From: Minisyncoccota bacterium
GTDB taxonomy: Bacteria; Patescibacteriota; Minisyncoccia; Phycocordibacterales; SW-6-46-9
DNA: 64,000 bases
NCBI GenBank assembly: GCA_040905385.1
Contig: JBBDRP010000002.1
Location: 679,010-743,009 of the forward strand
Direction of reading: 5' to 3'
The position numbers were made by a program, and so were the translations under genes. The notes under the pieces were generated by a model. That model was not told the origin of the DNA. It ran no database searches and was given only the letters and a program-made list of their open reading frames with translations. Positions 29,785-41,683 of the stretch are shown one piece after another. How positions within the stretch are numbered: the first letter of the stretch is position 1; the number at the start of each line of letters is the position of its first letter.

Positions 29785-29937
29785 CTATTTGTTTCGCAGA
29801 GGAACGCTTTACATCCTCTAGTTGGTATTCTATTTAAAATATTCTAGTATATTTATATCATACTACATTACTTTGTCAAGTACTAAAATAGCCCGTAATT
29901 TAGCGATATTCCCAACACAAAAACACTATCTATAATC

Positions 29938-29966
29938 AAAAAACTCCCTTTCGGGAGCTTTTTTTT
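29938..29966 (-). terminator. Terminator of the 16S transcription unit
   Basis: CTCCC-GAAA-GGGAG hairpin followed by a T-tract on the minus strand. Confidence 0.75.
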
Positions 29967-30309
29967 ACATAAATAATTTGTTTTGCTATTTGCAAGACTC
30001 GCGCAGTGCGATTTGCACGGTTTCAGCTGTGCTGAAAAATCGCGCGAGCGTAGAAGAATTCTCGCTGGAGAATTCATTCGTGTTGCAGTAAATAGCGAGA
30101 GAAATTATCACCTTTTTCGTTTCGTTCATCCGCCGGTAACGGTATTCCGGGAACCGATCAGTTTTTGATGCACTGATATACATATGTGAAATTGTACACT
30201 CAAATAAGTGCGTACACTAACGCAGCGTGTAGCGATGATGAATAAATTCGTCATACGCTTCACTTGCAGTAGTCGACCTGTCAATCTTCAACGTTAGTTG
30301 AGGACAGAT

Positions 30310-31944
<1,635 letters not shown>

Positions 31945-32139
31945 TCTCGGTTGAACGAAACAAAGAAAATGACAATCATTTTATTTATTTCTGTACTGAT
32001 CTAGATAAGTTCTATTTCTCACCAAACTGTTTTCTATCTAAAAAAACAGTATGAATGATCGTGATCTATTCGGCTGTGAAAGAGCAGTATGGCTGACGCA
32101 ACCGCCAGACAAAAAATGCCCTCTTTCAGGGCGTTGACC

Positions 32140-32167
32140 ATTATATACAGATGAAGCCGGAAGTCAA
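32140..32167 (-). promoter_or_regulatory. sigma70-type rRNA promoter
   Basis: TTGACT-16 bp-TATAAT about 200 bp upstream of 16S. Confidence 0.7.
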
Positions 32168-32441
32168 CACGTTGCCTTCCGGCAGTCTAAAGTTAAAAGT
32201 AGAAAGTTCACCCAGTTAAATGCAGCTACGCTACAATCCCGCTCAAACGGGATTATTTAACCGGGTTAAAAGTCGATCAAGCTTCTCTAGAAAAACCATG
32301 GTCGATGCGTGCACCAGCGAGGTCAACAGCTAGCTTTGCAGCGAAAAAAACATAATTCATGAGGCTATATATATTTGACGCCTGTTAATTGAACGTGTAT
32401 TATTTACTTAAACAAGAACTTTCAAATCAAATTGTTGATAA

Positions 32442-32804
32442 ATGGATAATACAACGAAAGCACCCGCACCTCTGAGAAATCTTTTTAATGAATTCAATAA
32501 CGCTGAGCCGGAAACGCTGTTCGCACAACTTGAGCATTTTTTTGCTCGACTGTACGAAATGGAAACCAAGGAATTGGTAATTGGCTACCAAGCGTTCAAG
32601 ATTTTCAAGCAACAAGTGTCTAAGCGAGTATCCGAAGATGATTCACGCATTGAAATCCTTGATGACATTGAAAAAGCCATTTTCGACAGAATGTCGGCAA
32701 TAGCAAAAGATGGTATGTTTGTCTCATCTCTCAGACTGAAGCCCATTGAACGATTTATGAGAGTAACGGGCAAACCTCGTTCTTTTTTCTTGCAAAATAT
32801 ATAA
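32442..32804 (+). CDS. Hypothetical protein
   Basis: 120-aa ORF followed by terminator hairpins. Confidence 0.6.
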   Translation: MDNTTKAPAPLRNLFNEFNNAEPETLFAQLEHFFARLYEMETKELVIGYQAFKIFKQQVSKRVSEDDSRIEILDDIEKAIFDRMSAIAKDGMFVSSLRLKPIERFMRVTGKPRSFFLQNI

Positions 32805-32891
32805 ACCAAAAACCGTGTTGGGATTCAACTCCTAACACGGTTTTAAAATTATCCGCTGGCTAAAATTAGTCAGCGGATTTTTCTTTTAACC

Positions 32892-33152
32892 TTAACTATC
32901 GTAAATCTCAGAGCGATGGCCGGCGGCGTCAACTCGTATCAGGTTGCTTTCTGGTCTTAGTCTATACAAAACACGATAATCTCCAACCCGCAGCTTGAAG
33001 AAATCACTATAATTCCCTGACAAGCGTTCGTGATTTACAGAATCAACATTTTCTGCCAACCAACGAAGTTTCTTCTCTATACGTTCACAAACCGCAGTAT
33101 CGAGTTTATTTAATGTCTCTTTAGCCTGCGGTGTGATATATACTTTCCACAT
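32892..33152 (-). CDS. RelE/ParE-family toxin
   Basis: L.G...FKLRVGDYRVLY..GHRSEIY. Confidence 0.9.
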   Translation of the reverse strand: MWKVYITPQAKETLNKLDTAVCERIEKKLRWLAENVDSVNHERLSGNYSDFFKLRVGDYRVLYRLRPESNLIRVDAAGHRSEIYDS

Positions 33153-33153
33153 T

Positions 33154-33363
33154 TTAAGCGGTCTTCTTTTTTACCTCTTCAAGCGGAATCAGGTCTTCAT
33201 CAGGTGTTTGGCGAGCCTGCTCTAACTGCTCTTTAATTTCTTCACGCAACTCTAGGCCGGCATCCGGGTCATCGGTGAGAGTTTGCAAAGCCCGAACAAC
33301 CTCCTCGCGCACTACCTGGCGTAGGTCTTCAAGATTGATGTTTTTGTTCGTTGCTTTACTCAT
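33154..33363 (-). CDS. Cognate antitoxin
   Basis: Small acidic ORF 1 bp upstream of the toxin; DPDAGLEL..IPLEEV. Confidence 0.75.
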   Translation of the reverse strand: MSKATNKNINLEDLRQVVREEVVRALQTLTDDPDAGLELREEIKEQLEQARQTPDEDLIPLEEVKKKTA

Positions 33364-33561
33364 AAGTATTCTCATTGTACTGCACACAAATATGTCTTGC
33401 AAAGGCTGTCACACAAATACAACTGCTCGGTAGCTACTCTTAATAGTCATTAATGTTAAGTGTCGGACACTTAACATATACCGAATAGATATCGCCTACC
33501 ATTCAACCACCTAACGCCTTCTGCTCAAGCAGTTGCTACAGCTTTGCGCTACCTCTCAACG

Positions 33562-34065
33562 CTATAGAAGAAGCTGCGTGAGCATATAAACCGCCATCGT
33601 CGCCATCAGCAGATCCTCCCCGAGCGTCACCCAGGTCATCGGGATCTTAAACACCGCTCCCATGCAGGCGCACGGAATTGTCTCCTTCTCGCGCAGCTTC
33701 TGGGCAACACCATAGGCACCAACTGTCATCAAAATCGCGGTCAGGATATTCACCGGAACCAACCAGAGCCCGGCCAGATACAGACTACCGAGCATTATCT
33801 CGATAAATGGATACACATGGGCGTACGCACTGCTTCGCTTTGCCAGCGGATCGTACATCGAAAAGGCGCTGGCAAAACCCTTCGTATTGTAAGCCTTCAT
33901 GATTCCAAAGGTTAGAAAGAAGAAGCCCATAAACACCCGAGCAGCCGTAAAGACAGTGTTCGTCGCCGAAGGGATCAGCTCGATGAAGACAGCACTGGCC
34001 AGCAACACAAAAGAGACAGCATAAATAAGTGGGTAGAAATCTTTTATTGTGTAGGAATTTTTCAT
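33562..34065 (-). CDS. MauE/DoxX-like membrane protein
   Basis: F..YD.LA, YPFIE, CACMG, EDL.M. Confidence 0.8.
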   Translation of the reverse strand: MKNSYTIKDFYPLIYAVSFVLLASAVFIELIPSATNTVFTAARVFMGFFFLTFGIMKAYNTKGFASAFSMYDPLAKRSSAYAHVYPFIEIMLGSLYLAGLWLVPVNILTAILMTVGAYGVAQKLREKETIPCACMGAVFKIPMTWVTLGEDLLMATMAVYMLTQLLL

Positions 34066-34163
34066 AATGTGGTACTCATTATTACATAATACGCCCCAAA
34101 AAACTGGAAAAAGAAGCTTTTTTGCCGTAATATAGAGTCACTACCAGATAAGATAAAAGATAT

Positions 34164-34550
34164 ATGGAAATTATTTTTGTGATCGGACGCATACTACTGG
34201 GTGGATACTTTGTCATGATGGCTTTTAATCACTTTAAGGATAGCGAATCCATGGCCGGGTACGCTAAATCGAAAAATGTACCGATGCCGAAAATTGCTGT
34301 GATTGGTACAGGTGTCCTTATGGCACTTGGTGGACTTGGAATCGTTCTAGGTGCCTTTCCTCAGCTGGCTATTCTCTTGCTGATTCTGTTCCTGCTACCA
34401 ACAACCTTCATGATGCATGACTTCTGGAACGCTGAAGGTCAGGAAAAGCAGATGGAGATGATTAACTTTACAAAAAACCTGGCGCTTGTCGGGGCTCTCA
34501 TCATGCTTCTGGCACTGAGTACACCATGGCTTGCATCAGTTGGTCTGTAA
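34164..34550 (+). CDS. DoxX-family protein
   Basis: GR.LLG, HDFW, NF.KNLAL.G. Confidence 0.85.
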   Translation: MEIIFVIGRILLGGYFVMMAFNHFKDSESMAGYAKSKNVPMPKIAVIGTGVLMALGGLGIVLGAFPQLAILLLILFLLPTTFMMHDFWNAEGQEKQMEMINFTKNLALVGALIMLLALSTPWLASVGL

Positions 34551-34857
34551 GAAAAATTACGGACATGACATAAAAGTAACAACACTCGCCAAGAAGGCGA
34601 GTGTTGTTTATTGTCTGATAATCTACTTGCCGCAGCACCAAAGCACAGCATGGTTCTGGACTACACTACCGAGGAAATCACTGTTCGTTTGGCTGGTAAT
34701 TCAGCATGAAATAGTATCTTAAACCATGATTTCCTTTTTCCGCTTGCATTTTTCTCTAAATACTATACGCTTGGTGGTGAACCAAGTGGCCGGGAGAGGA
34801 TGATGAATCATTCTAAACGGGCGTTTGGGGTTATTCATTATTCTAATTCAAATTCTT

Positions 34858-35115
34858 ATGAACACTGGAAAAATTCAACGACTAACCGACCGTGGTTTTG
34901 GCTTCATCGAAGCTGATAGCGACGAGTACGGGGACGATCTATTCTTTCACGCTAACGAACTCGAAGGTGTTGAGTTCGACGCTCTAACTGAAGGTGAGAC
35001 AGTTCAGTTCGAAGTAACTGAAACACCGAAGGGAATGAACGCTGTAAACGTTAGCCGCACAGACGGTGACGCTGCAGACGCTGATGAGGACACAGACGAA
35101 GAAGCTGAGGCATAA
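34858..35115 (+). CDS. Cold-shock protein with acidic tail
   Basis: RGFGFI, LFFH, KG.NAVNV. Confidence 0.92.
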   Translation: MNTGKIQRLTDRGFGFIEADSDEYGDDLFFHANELEGVEFDALTEGETVQFEVTETPKGMNAVNVSRTDGDAADADEDTDEEAEA

Positions 35116-35187
35116 ATCCCTCTCTTCTTAAGATAAAAAAGACCCGCCGAGAGGCGGGTCTTTTTTATTGTTGTGTTACTATAAAAT

Positions 35188-35556
35188 ATGAATATGGAGA
35201 ATGTACCACAACCAAAAAACGGCTCAGAAACTCCTGAAGAAACTGACGAATACACGTCAAAAATACAGAGTATTCTTCATTCACAAGGAAACCATGAAGA
35301 GAAGATAGCTCAGATTGAGCAGATTAAAGATAAAACTCGAGAGGAGATTCAGAAAATAACTGAAAAGCGAGAGGAGATTCAGAATCTCCGAGAGAAATTT
35401 ATAACTAATGATGAGTTAACCGAGCAGCGGAAAAAAGAGTACGAGGAGGCTATTGGAATAATTGATAAAAAAGAAGCGGCTGCTTACCAGAAAATTAAAG
35501 AGGCTGAGGAAGCTTTTAAGAAGATTGCCGACACTACGCACGCAGAAGATGTATAA
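35188..35556 (+). CDS. Coiled-coil hypothetical protein
   Basis: E/K-rich 122-aa ORF. Confidence 0.55.
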   Translation: MNMENVPQPKNGSETPEETDEYTSKIQSILHSQGNHEEKIAQIEQIKDKTREEIQKITEKREEIQNLREKFITNDELTEQRKKEYEEAIGIIDKKEAAAYQKIKEAEEAFKKIADTTHAEDV

Positions 35557-35642
35557 ATGAACTCTTAGAAAAATTGATAAAATTTTCTACTGATTGACAC
35601 TGATATTAAAACCAGCTCGTCATCTCAGCTTCTACTTTGTAC

Positions 35643-36341
35643 ATGCTGCCACTTTCGAATGATAATTTACTGCTTGTCGACAAACCGAAAGGAATTAGTT
35701 CTTTTGATGTGATTCGTCGACTACGAAGAATGATCGGTAAACGCAAGATGGGTCATGCCGGCACGCTCGATCCGCTAGCTACTGGTCTTTTGATTATTGG
35801 TATCGACCGTGGCACCAAGGAGCTGCAGCAATACCTTGGCAGCGACAAGACTTACGATGCCAAGGTACTTATTGGTATCTCAACAGAGACAGATGATATG
35901 GAGGGTGATGTTACAAAATCTGCAGCTCCTGATAATCTCTCCGTGGAAGCCGTGAAAAAAGTACTGGACGGAATGATTGGTAGTATAACGATACCTGCCC
36001 CTATCTACTCAGCGATCAAGGTTGATGGCGTGCCACTTTACAAGCACGCCCGTGCCGGTCGCGACGTCACTCCTCCGGATCGTACAATGAAGATAATTCA
36101 GGCTGACCTTAAAAATTTTCAATGCGGAGTCGAAGAAATTAAAAATATTAAGCAAAATTTCTGCCGAGCTAAAATCCAGTTCGAGGTCGGCAGCGGTACC
36201 TACATTCGCTCACTGGCTGTAGAGATCGGCCGACGGATCGGCTTTCCGGCAACCCTAGCAGATCTTCGGCGGACGAGTATTGCTGACCTATCCATCGAGG
36301 ATGCCCACACGCTAGAGGAGATATCTCAATTAGCTGATTAG
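35643..36341 (+). CDS. truB: tRNA pseudouridine-55 synthase
   Basis: DKP.G.SS, GHAGTLDPLATG, YSAIK, GTYIRSL. Confidence 0.96.
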   Translation: MLPLSNDNLLLVDKPKGISSFDVIRRLRRMIGKRKMGHAGTLDPLATGLLIIGIDRGTKELQQYLGSDKTYDAKVLIGISTETDDMEGDVTKSAAPDNLSVEAVKKVLDGMIGSITIPAPIYSAIKVDGVPLYKHARAGRDVTPPDRTMKIIQADLKNFQCGVEEIKNIKQNFCRAKIQFEVGSGTYIRSLAVEIGRRIGFPATLADLRRTSIADLSIEDAHTLEEISQLAD

Positions 36342-36572
36342 TCTTTCTTTTTGTGGGCGTGAAAGTTTCTTGATTTCTGCCTCGCGCGCGGATGCGGCGG
36401 ATCGATTAGTCACTTCCTCTACATAAACCATTTTTTCTGCGCCCTTGGCGGACGTATACTTACTGGCTGTACCAGCCTGATGTTCCGCCAATCGTCGATC
36501 GACATCTGTTGTAATACCGGTGTACAACGTGCCGTCACTGCACTTCAGGATGTAAACAAACCATAAGTTCAT
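36330..36572 (-). CDS. GIY-YIG nuclease, YhbQ/UPF0213 type
   Basis: VYIL.CSDGTLYTGIT.D..RR..EH..G. Confidence 0.88.
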   Translation of the reverse strand: MNLWFVYILKCSDGTLYTGITTDVDRRLAEHQAGTASKYTSAKGAEKMVYVEEVTNRSAASAREAEIKKLSRPQKERLIS

Positions 36573-36748
36573 TACAAAATTAAGTTAGGTACAATGAAAA
36601 TTTCGCACCGTCAGCACGTCAAATACGGCATAATACGTCTTCTTATCACTCAGAGTATAGTATACACCTCATTCTTCTGCATCGTTTTATGCCGCATTTG
36701 ATCGCGCTTTTGGGCACGATTACGTTTTGTAATGAACTTTTTTTCATA

Positions 36749-37306
36749 CTAGAGACCAAGAGCTTCGTACACCGCGTCGCGATGATCGGCAATAAAATCT
36801 TCACGACCGCTCTCTTGGCGATACTGCTCGTAATGCTCAGGATTCTTATCAGCATAGTTTTGGTGGTACTCCTCGGCCGTCCAGAAATCATCAGCCGGCA
36901 GTACCTCGGTAACGATCGGATTAGGAAAAACGTCGGCTTCTTCAAGCGCCTCAATTACTGCCAGTGCCTCGTCCTCTTCCTGTCGGTTTTGGCAGTAAAC
37001 TGCCGAGGTGTATGAGTGGCCACGATCATAAAAGGATCCACCTGAATCAGTCGGGTCATGAATTGTGAAAAAATAAGCTAGTAGCTCACGATAGCTGGTC
37101 TCATTCGGGTCATACCAGACACGAACTGCTTCGCGGTGACGATTAGCCGCCGCTGTTTCGTATGAAGGATCCTCGGTATCTCCGCCGATGTAGCCAGACT
37201 CAATATTCTTGATGGCTGGACGCTTTTTAAAGTCTGCCTCCACACACCAGAAGCAACCGCCAGCAAAAATAGCCGAATTGAGATCCCTGTGTGAAATTTC
37301 GTTCAT
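36749..37306 (-). CDS. msrA: Peptide methionine sulfoxide reductase A
   Basis: GGCFWC, AEEYHQNY. Confidence 0.95.
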   Translation of the reverse strand: MNEISHRDLNSAIFAGGCFWCVEADFKKRPAIKNIESGYIGGDTEDPSYETAAANRHREAVRVWYDPNETSYRELLAYFFTIHDPTDSGGSFYDRGHSYTSAVYCQNRQEEDEALAVIEALEEADVFPNPIVTEVLPADDFWTAEEYHQNYADKNPEHYEQYRQESGREDFIADHRDAVYEALGL

Positions 37307-37374
37307 ACTTATAGAGTACTATGGAATTTACTTTAGAGAAAATGAAAATTTATAAATTCCCCACAAGAAAAGGC

Positions 37375-37914
37375 TTATTTATCTATAACGCTGATAGACT
37401 GGATAAACTTTAAAAGCTTATCTCCTGAATATCTCACTCCAGTGTATGCAACCCCGCTAACACTAATTAAAAGTGCAAATAATGCAAACACAATATACAT
37501 ATCCATTAAAGTAGTGCTAGTAGCAAGTTGCTGAAAAGGAATAAGTATAAATATAAAAATTAATATAACACCTGAAATAGCCGGAATACACCACCAGCAA
37601 TACGCTTCATCAGGGTTATTTTCTCCAAATATACTCATCACAATCTCTGAGATTATCCCAAAAGCCATGGAGCCGTATAGATACCAACGCCACAGATCAT
37701 TTTCATCAATTGATATCGTGTTTAAGCTATCAGGTAGATATTTATCAAAAATTACTGCTAAATCAACAGTGATGATGGATCCAAGCATTAACACTGAAGT
37801 TAATGTCAGAATAATCAGCCCGGTAATAGGAAGAAATCCAAAGGCGTGCTTCAGTGAATTAACTAAAAATACCGCGGTTGTGTGTACAATCTTTTTTGTA
37901 AGAGATTCGTGCAT
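37375..37914 (-). CDS. Membrane hypothetical protein
   Basis: Four TM segments. Confidence 0.6.
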   Translation of the reverse strand: MHESLTKKIVHTTAVFLVNSLKHAFGFLPITGLIILTLTSVLMLGSIITVDLAVIFDKYLPDSLNTISIDENDLWRWYLYGSMAFGIISEIVMSIFGENNPDEAYCWWCIPAISGVILIFIFILIPFQQLATSTTLMDMYIVFALFALLISVSGVAYTGVRYSGDKLLKFIQSISVIDK

Positions 37915-38002
37915 ATGGATACGTAATGTAAATCCAGAATACTACGAAACAAGACGGAATTAAAATTATCATATCTAACACCTTGCTGGTTATAATAGAT
38001 TA

Positions 38003-39004
38003 ATGAAGCGAAGACCCATACAGCTCATCTTGGTGCTAATTCTAGCCAGCGTGATTGGGCTGGGGCTCGCCCTTTACGCCAATCAGTCCTTGCATATTAA
38101 AAACCCTCCTTCTGTCAGTACAAGTAGTCAGTCGGCGCCTAAAGCAACGAGTACCACAATCACCTTTGTTGGTGACATGATGCTCGACCGCTACATTCGT
38201 GCCCAGGCCGAAATACACGGATACGACCATATTCTAGCTGAGGTAAAAGACCAGCTACTGGCAGTCGATATGGTAGTCGGAAATCTAGAAGGACCCATCA
38301 CCAGCCAGTCATCGGTCAGTACCTACGATCCGCAAGACCCGAACCACTATCGCTTTACCTTTGCTCCGCTGGTAGCTGATCTGCTGACCGAGCATAACAT
38401 CGGTCTGGTTTCAATTGGCAATAATCATATCGAAAATTTCGGCCGTGGCGGTGTTGATGAGACGACTAAATTTTTGGATATTGCAGGTATCTCGTATGTT
38501 GGACATCCGTACAATGATGAGAATCTATCCTTCGTAAAGCAGATAAATGGGCAGCAGTTTAGTTTTGTTAGCTTCAATTACGCTGACGACAGACCAGCGA
38601 GTAAGACGCAGCAGCAGATTGAGGCACTTAAGGATAGAAATGATGCACCTGATTGGATCATCGTGCTGGCTCACTGGGGTCGTGAGTATGAGCAGTCAGC
38701 CAGTCCAGCCCAGGTGGAAACTGCACGTAGCTTCGTAGATACCGGAGCTGATCTTGTTATTGGCACCCATCCGCACGTCATCCAGAACCGAGAAACCTAC
38801 CGAGACGTACTGATCTACTACTCGCTGGGTAATTTTGTGTTCGACCAGTACTTCTCACCTGCTGTTCGCTGTGGACTCATGCTATCAGTGCGCTTTGATT
38901 CAACATCAAGCATAGAGACAACCGAAAACTTTGTAGAGCTCATCGAGGACGGAAGCACGCAGCCAGCCGACTGTCGTAATGCAGCTACCGAAAAAGAGCA
39001 GTAA
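38003..39004 (+). CDS. CapA-family metallophosphoesterase
   Basis: GD.M.DR, NLEGP, NNH, HWG.EY, HPHV, YSLGNF.FDQ. Confidence 0.9.
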   Translation: MKRRPIQLILVLILASVIGLGLALYANQSLHIKNPPSVSTSSQSAPKATSTTITFVGDMMLDRYIRAQAEIHGYDHILAEVKDQLLAVDMVVGNLEGPITSQSSVSTYDPQDPNHYRFTFAPLVADLLTEHNIGLVSIGNNHIENFGRGGVDETTKFLDIAGISYVGHPYNDENLSFVKQINGQQFSFVSFNYADDRPASKTQQQIEALKDRNDAPDWIIVLAHWGREYEQSASPAQVETARSFVDTGADLVIGTHPHVIQNRETYRDVLIYYSLGNFVFDQYFSPAVRCGLMLSVRFDSTSSIETTENFVELIEDGSTQPADCRNAATEKEQ

Positions 39005-39559
39005 TTACTTTCTTATTTCTGACCATACTTTTGGCTGCCACGGCGTTCCGAGTGCCAAAAGCACCCAACGATCCAGGCCAATATAACCAGCCACTCTCCA
39101 GGCCATTAGAATACCCAACGTAAGTATAAACAACACCGGGTTAGAGCTTACCGTACCAGCTAGAAGGAAGTTGGCATTCATAAAGATACCAAAGAAGGCA
39201 GCAATACCCACGAAAAGGCCAACAATGAGAGCTACACCAACCAATACTTCTCCGTACGCTATCACATGTCCAAAAATATCTGTATACGGAAGTACAGCAT
39301 TTTCAAGAAACCAGCCATACCAGGCCTGAACATCAGGATGATCACCCTCCATCTTTGTAAGCGCCCCCTGAACAAATCCTTCAACGGCAGCACCGGCATT
39401 ATCGCCTGTCCACGCTTCAGCGCCAACCTTTCCAATTCCCGCCATCAACCAGGCATAGCCAACATACACACGAACAATCAACCAAAACAATGCTGTTTTG
39501 GTATTTGAGAATAGAAATTGCGCTACTGGAGGTTCATCGATGATGATGCGTTTTGACAT
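39005..39559 (-). CDS. DoxX/DoxD-like membrane protein
   Basis: R.Y.G..W..AG..K, GE..VG, N.NFLLAGTVS.NP. Confidence 0.8.
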   Translation of the reverse strand: MSKRIIIDEPPVAQFLFSNTKTALFWLIVRVYVGYAWLMAGIGKVGAEAWTGDNAGAAVEGFVQGALTKMEGDHPDVQAWYGWFLENAVLPYTDIFGHVIAYGEVLVGVALIVGLFVGIAAFFGIFMNANFLLAGTVSSNPVLFILTLGILMAWRVAGYIGLDRWVLLALGTPWQPKVWSEIRK

Positions 39560-39641
39560 ACATATAAAAATTAAACTACTGACAAATAGCCTGATAAGAT
39601 CAGGTCGTATTACTCACGATAATGTATGCGAAGGAACTTAC

Positions 39642-39848
39642 TTATTTCTTCCCATTACACTCATCAGAGAGCTGGATTCCACGTACTGCCAAGTATCCAG
39701 CAATGAAAACAGCTGCCCAGCTTGCCCACATCGGGACTGGAGCACCGTTAATTACTGCATCCCACTCACCAGTAATACGTGCCAAGTGAACGATAACAAT
39801 CGTACCGAACACAATTATGATTGCTTTGTAATACAACTTTAGTACCAT
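39642..39848 (-). CDS. Small membrane protein
   Basis: Two TM segments; H.AR...W..P.W.S. Confidence 0.5.
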   Translation of the reverse strand: MVLKLYYKAIIIVFGTIVIVHLARITGEWDAVINGAPVPMWASWAAVFIAGYLAVRGIQLSDECNGKK

Positions 39849-39988
39849 GAAATTATTATACCACTACTTTTAGACGTGACGATGTGTATAAAAAATATCC
39901 GCCAAGTGCAGACAGTACGTCGTGACACTTTAAATTTGTAGGAAAAAATCTACCTTATAATATAGATCACGGAACTCTTTTAAAAAAC

Positions 39989-41680
39989 CTAACTTTCTAC
40001 CCGAGCAGCAAAATCAGTGTGGGGTAGCTTATCGAGCGCAATTGAACAGATTGCCCAGGCCAAGCAGATTGAAAATAGAAGAAAAAGCATCAGGCTTATC
40101 AAGCCAACCCCGGCGAATACCAAATAGTACGAGTAAGCGGCTAGTGAACCGTACAAAAGCGATATACCGACAAAGCCAAAGCCTGGAAGTGTCGTGCTCA
40201 GCTCCTCTGGATCATCAGTCAGGAAGTTCGGGAACCGTGCCCCCAGACCAAGTCCAATCAATGTAAGTGTAATACTAACCACCAGGACATAGAGAATAAA
40301 CAGCAGTGCTGACGTGACAGACTCACTCAGCATCAGTACATGCAGGAGTGCGATCAGTATCGAGATGGCTGCGATTGTTGATACGTAAAAGGCCGCCTTG
40401 GTCCAAAACAAGCGACTGAGCGTGATTGGTGCCGTAATAATGCTCCAGGCGGTGTCACGCTCCATGCTAAAGGCTGGAAATACTATCCGCAGCACGAGCG
40501 CCGCGACAAAGTATCCAACAACGATTATCTGCAGCGACTGAACAAACTGTGGCACCATCACTGCCGAAGCAATCTCCTGGCTGGAAAAGCTATTTTGAAT
40601 AAATACATCGAAGCTGGTAACAATAATCCACAGCAGCGTCAGGAATCCAATCCAGAAAAGTGTCCGCTTGTTACGAAACATCGAAATACGCTCCTTGGTA
40701 AATACAGACGAAATCGGATTAGCCGAGAAAGGACTCGGCTTTCGTGTCTTATCAGCATTAAGATTCGTACGGGTTCGCGCCTCAAAGGTGCCTTCCCGGA
40801 AGTACTGCCAGATGTAAATAAACGGACGCGAGAACAAGGAAACGAAGTAAATTGCCGCAATGGTAATGGCAGCCAACAGAAAGGTCAGTGAGGTTGCGGC
40901 CTGCAAATCACCCACCTGTATTGCCAGCAGTGTCTCGGCTGACATATGACTTGGAAACACACTAAAGTACTGACTAACGTTCGAAATATCAGCCTGTTCT
41001 ATGTCGAGGTTAGAAACATCAAACAGCGTCACTAGATCAAGACCGGACATATGCAGCCATATCAAGCCGGCAAGCACGAGGACCACAGATGTTGTAAGGC
41101 CAAGCAACCAAGAGAAACCATCTGTGACAAGATGCTTACTACCAAGGTAGCGCACAAAGGTACTCAAGCTCAGAATCAGGAGCACGGCCAAGGCTGTAAC
41201 GAGCAAACTGAGAAGAACCACCGACACAAGCCCCAACACAATGCCCCAAAAACCAATCGAGAACACCGTCTGCATAGCCAGAAGAGCCGGAATCGCAAAT
41301 ATAAAAAGTGGCCAGATAGAGGTCAGAGCAATCGAGATAAACTTATCAAAAAGCAGCGAATCATATGCCGGACTAACGAGCAGCCAGGCATCACTTTCGT
41401 TACGAAAAAGCATAAAAAGACCGGTGATCAGCGCACTAACAAAAATAAGCCCGAGAACTGTCAGGAGAAATACCTGGTACACAAAGTAAGGCAAGCCAAT
41501 ACGAAGAAAGTCGCTCTCAGCCACTGCCCCGAGACCGGATGTTAGAGAAAAATACACGCCGATTCCGATCAGAACAAGGATGCCGAAAAAAAGCGACACC
41601 GTGATCAGTCGAGCTGCCTCCTGCTTTTTAAAGAAGCGAGCGACATGATGTAACCGCTGTCGTAAGAAAAACTCAATCAT
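39989..41680 (-). CDS. ABC transporter permease
   Basis: Polytopic membrane protein coupled to an ABC ATPase. Confidence 0.8.
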   Translation of the reverse strand: MIEFFLRQRLHHVARFFKKQEAARLITVSLFFGILVLIGIGVYFSLTSGLGAVAESDFLRIGLPYFVYQVFLLTVLGLIFVSALITGLFMLFRNESDAWLLVSPAYDSLLFDKFISIALTSIWPLFIFAIPALLAMQTVFSIGFWGIVLGLVSVVLLSLLVTALAVLLILSLSTFVRYLGSKHLVTDGFSWLLGLTTSVVLVLAGLIWLHMSGLDLVTLFDVSNLDIEQADISNVSQYFSVFPSHMSAETLLAIQVGDLQAATSLTFLLAAITIAAIYFVSLFSRPFIYIWQYFREGTFEARTRTNLNADKTRKPSPFSANPISSVFTKERISMFRNKRTLFWIGFLTLLWIIVTSFDVFIQNSFSSQEIASAVMVPQFVQSLQIIVVGYFVAALVLRIVFPAFSMERDTAWSIITAPITLSRLFWTKAAFYVSTIAAISILIALLHVLMLSESVTSALLFILYVLVVSITLTLIGLGLGARFPNFLTDDPEELSTTLPGFGFVGISLLYGSLAAYSYYLVFAGVGLISLMLFLLFSICLAWAICSIALDKLPHTDFAARVES

Positions 41681-41683
41681 AAT

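Noticed and set aside
36330-36572. This GIY-YIG as part of the tRNA-targeting system
   Set aside because: YhbQ-type housekeeping form with no adjacent tRNA or duplication
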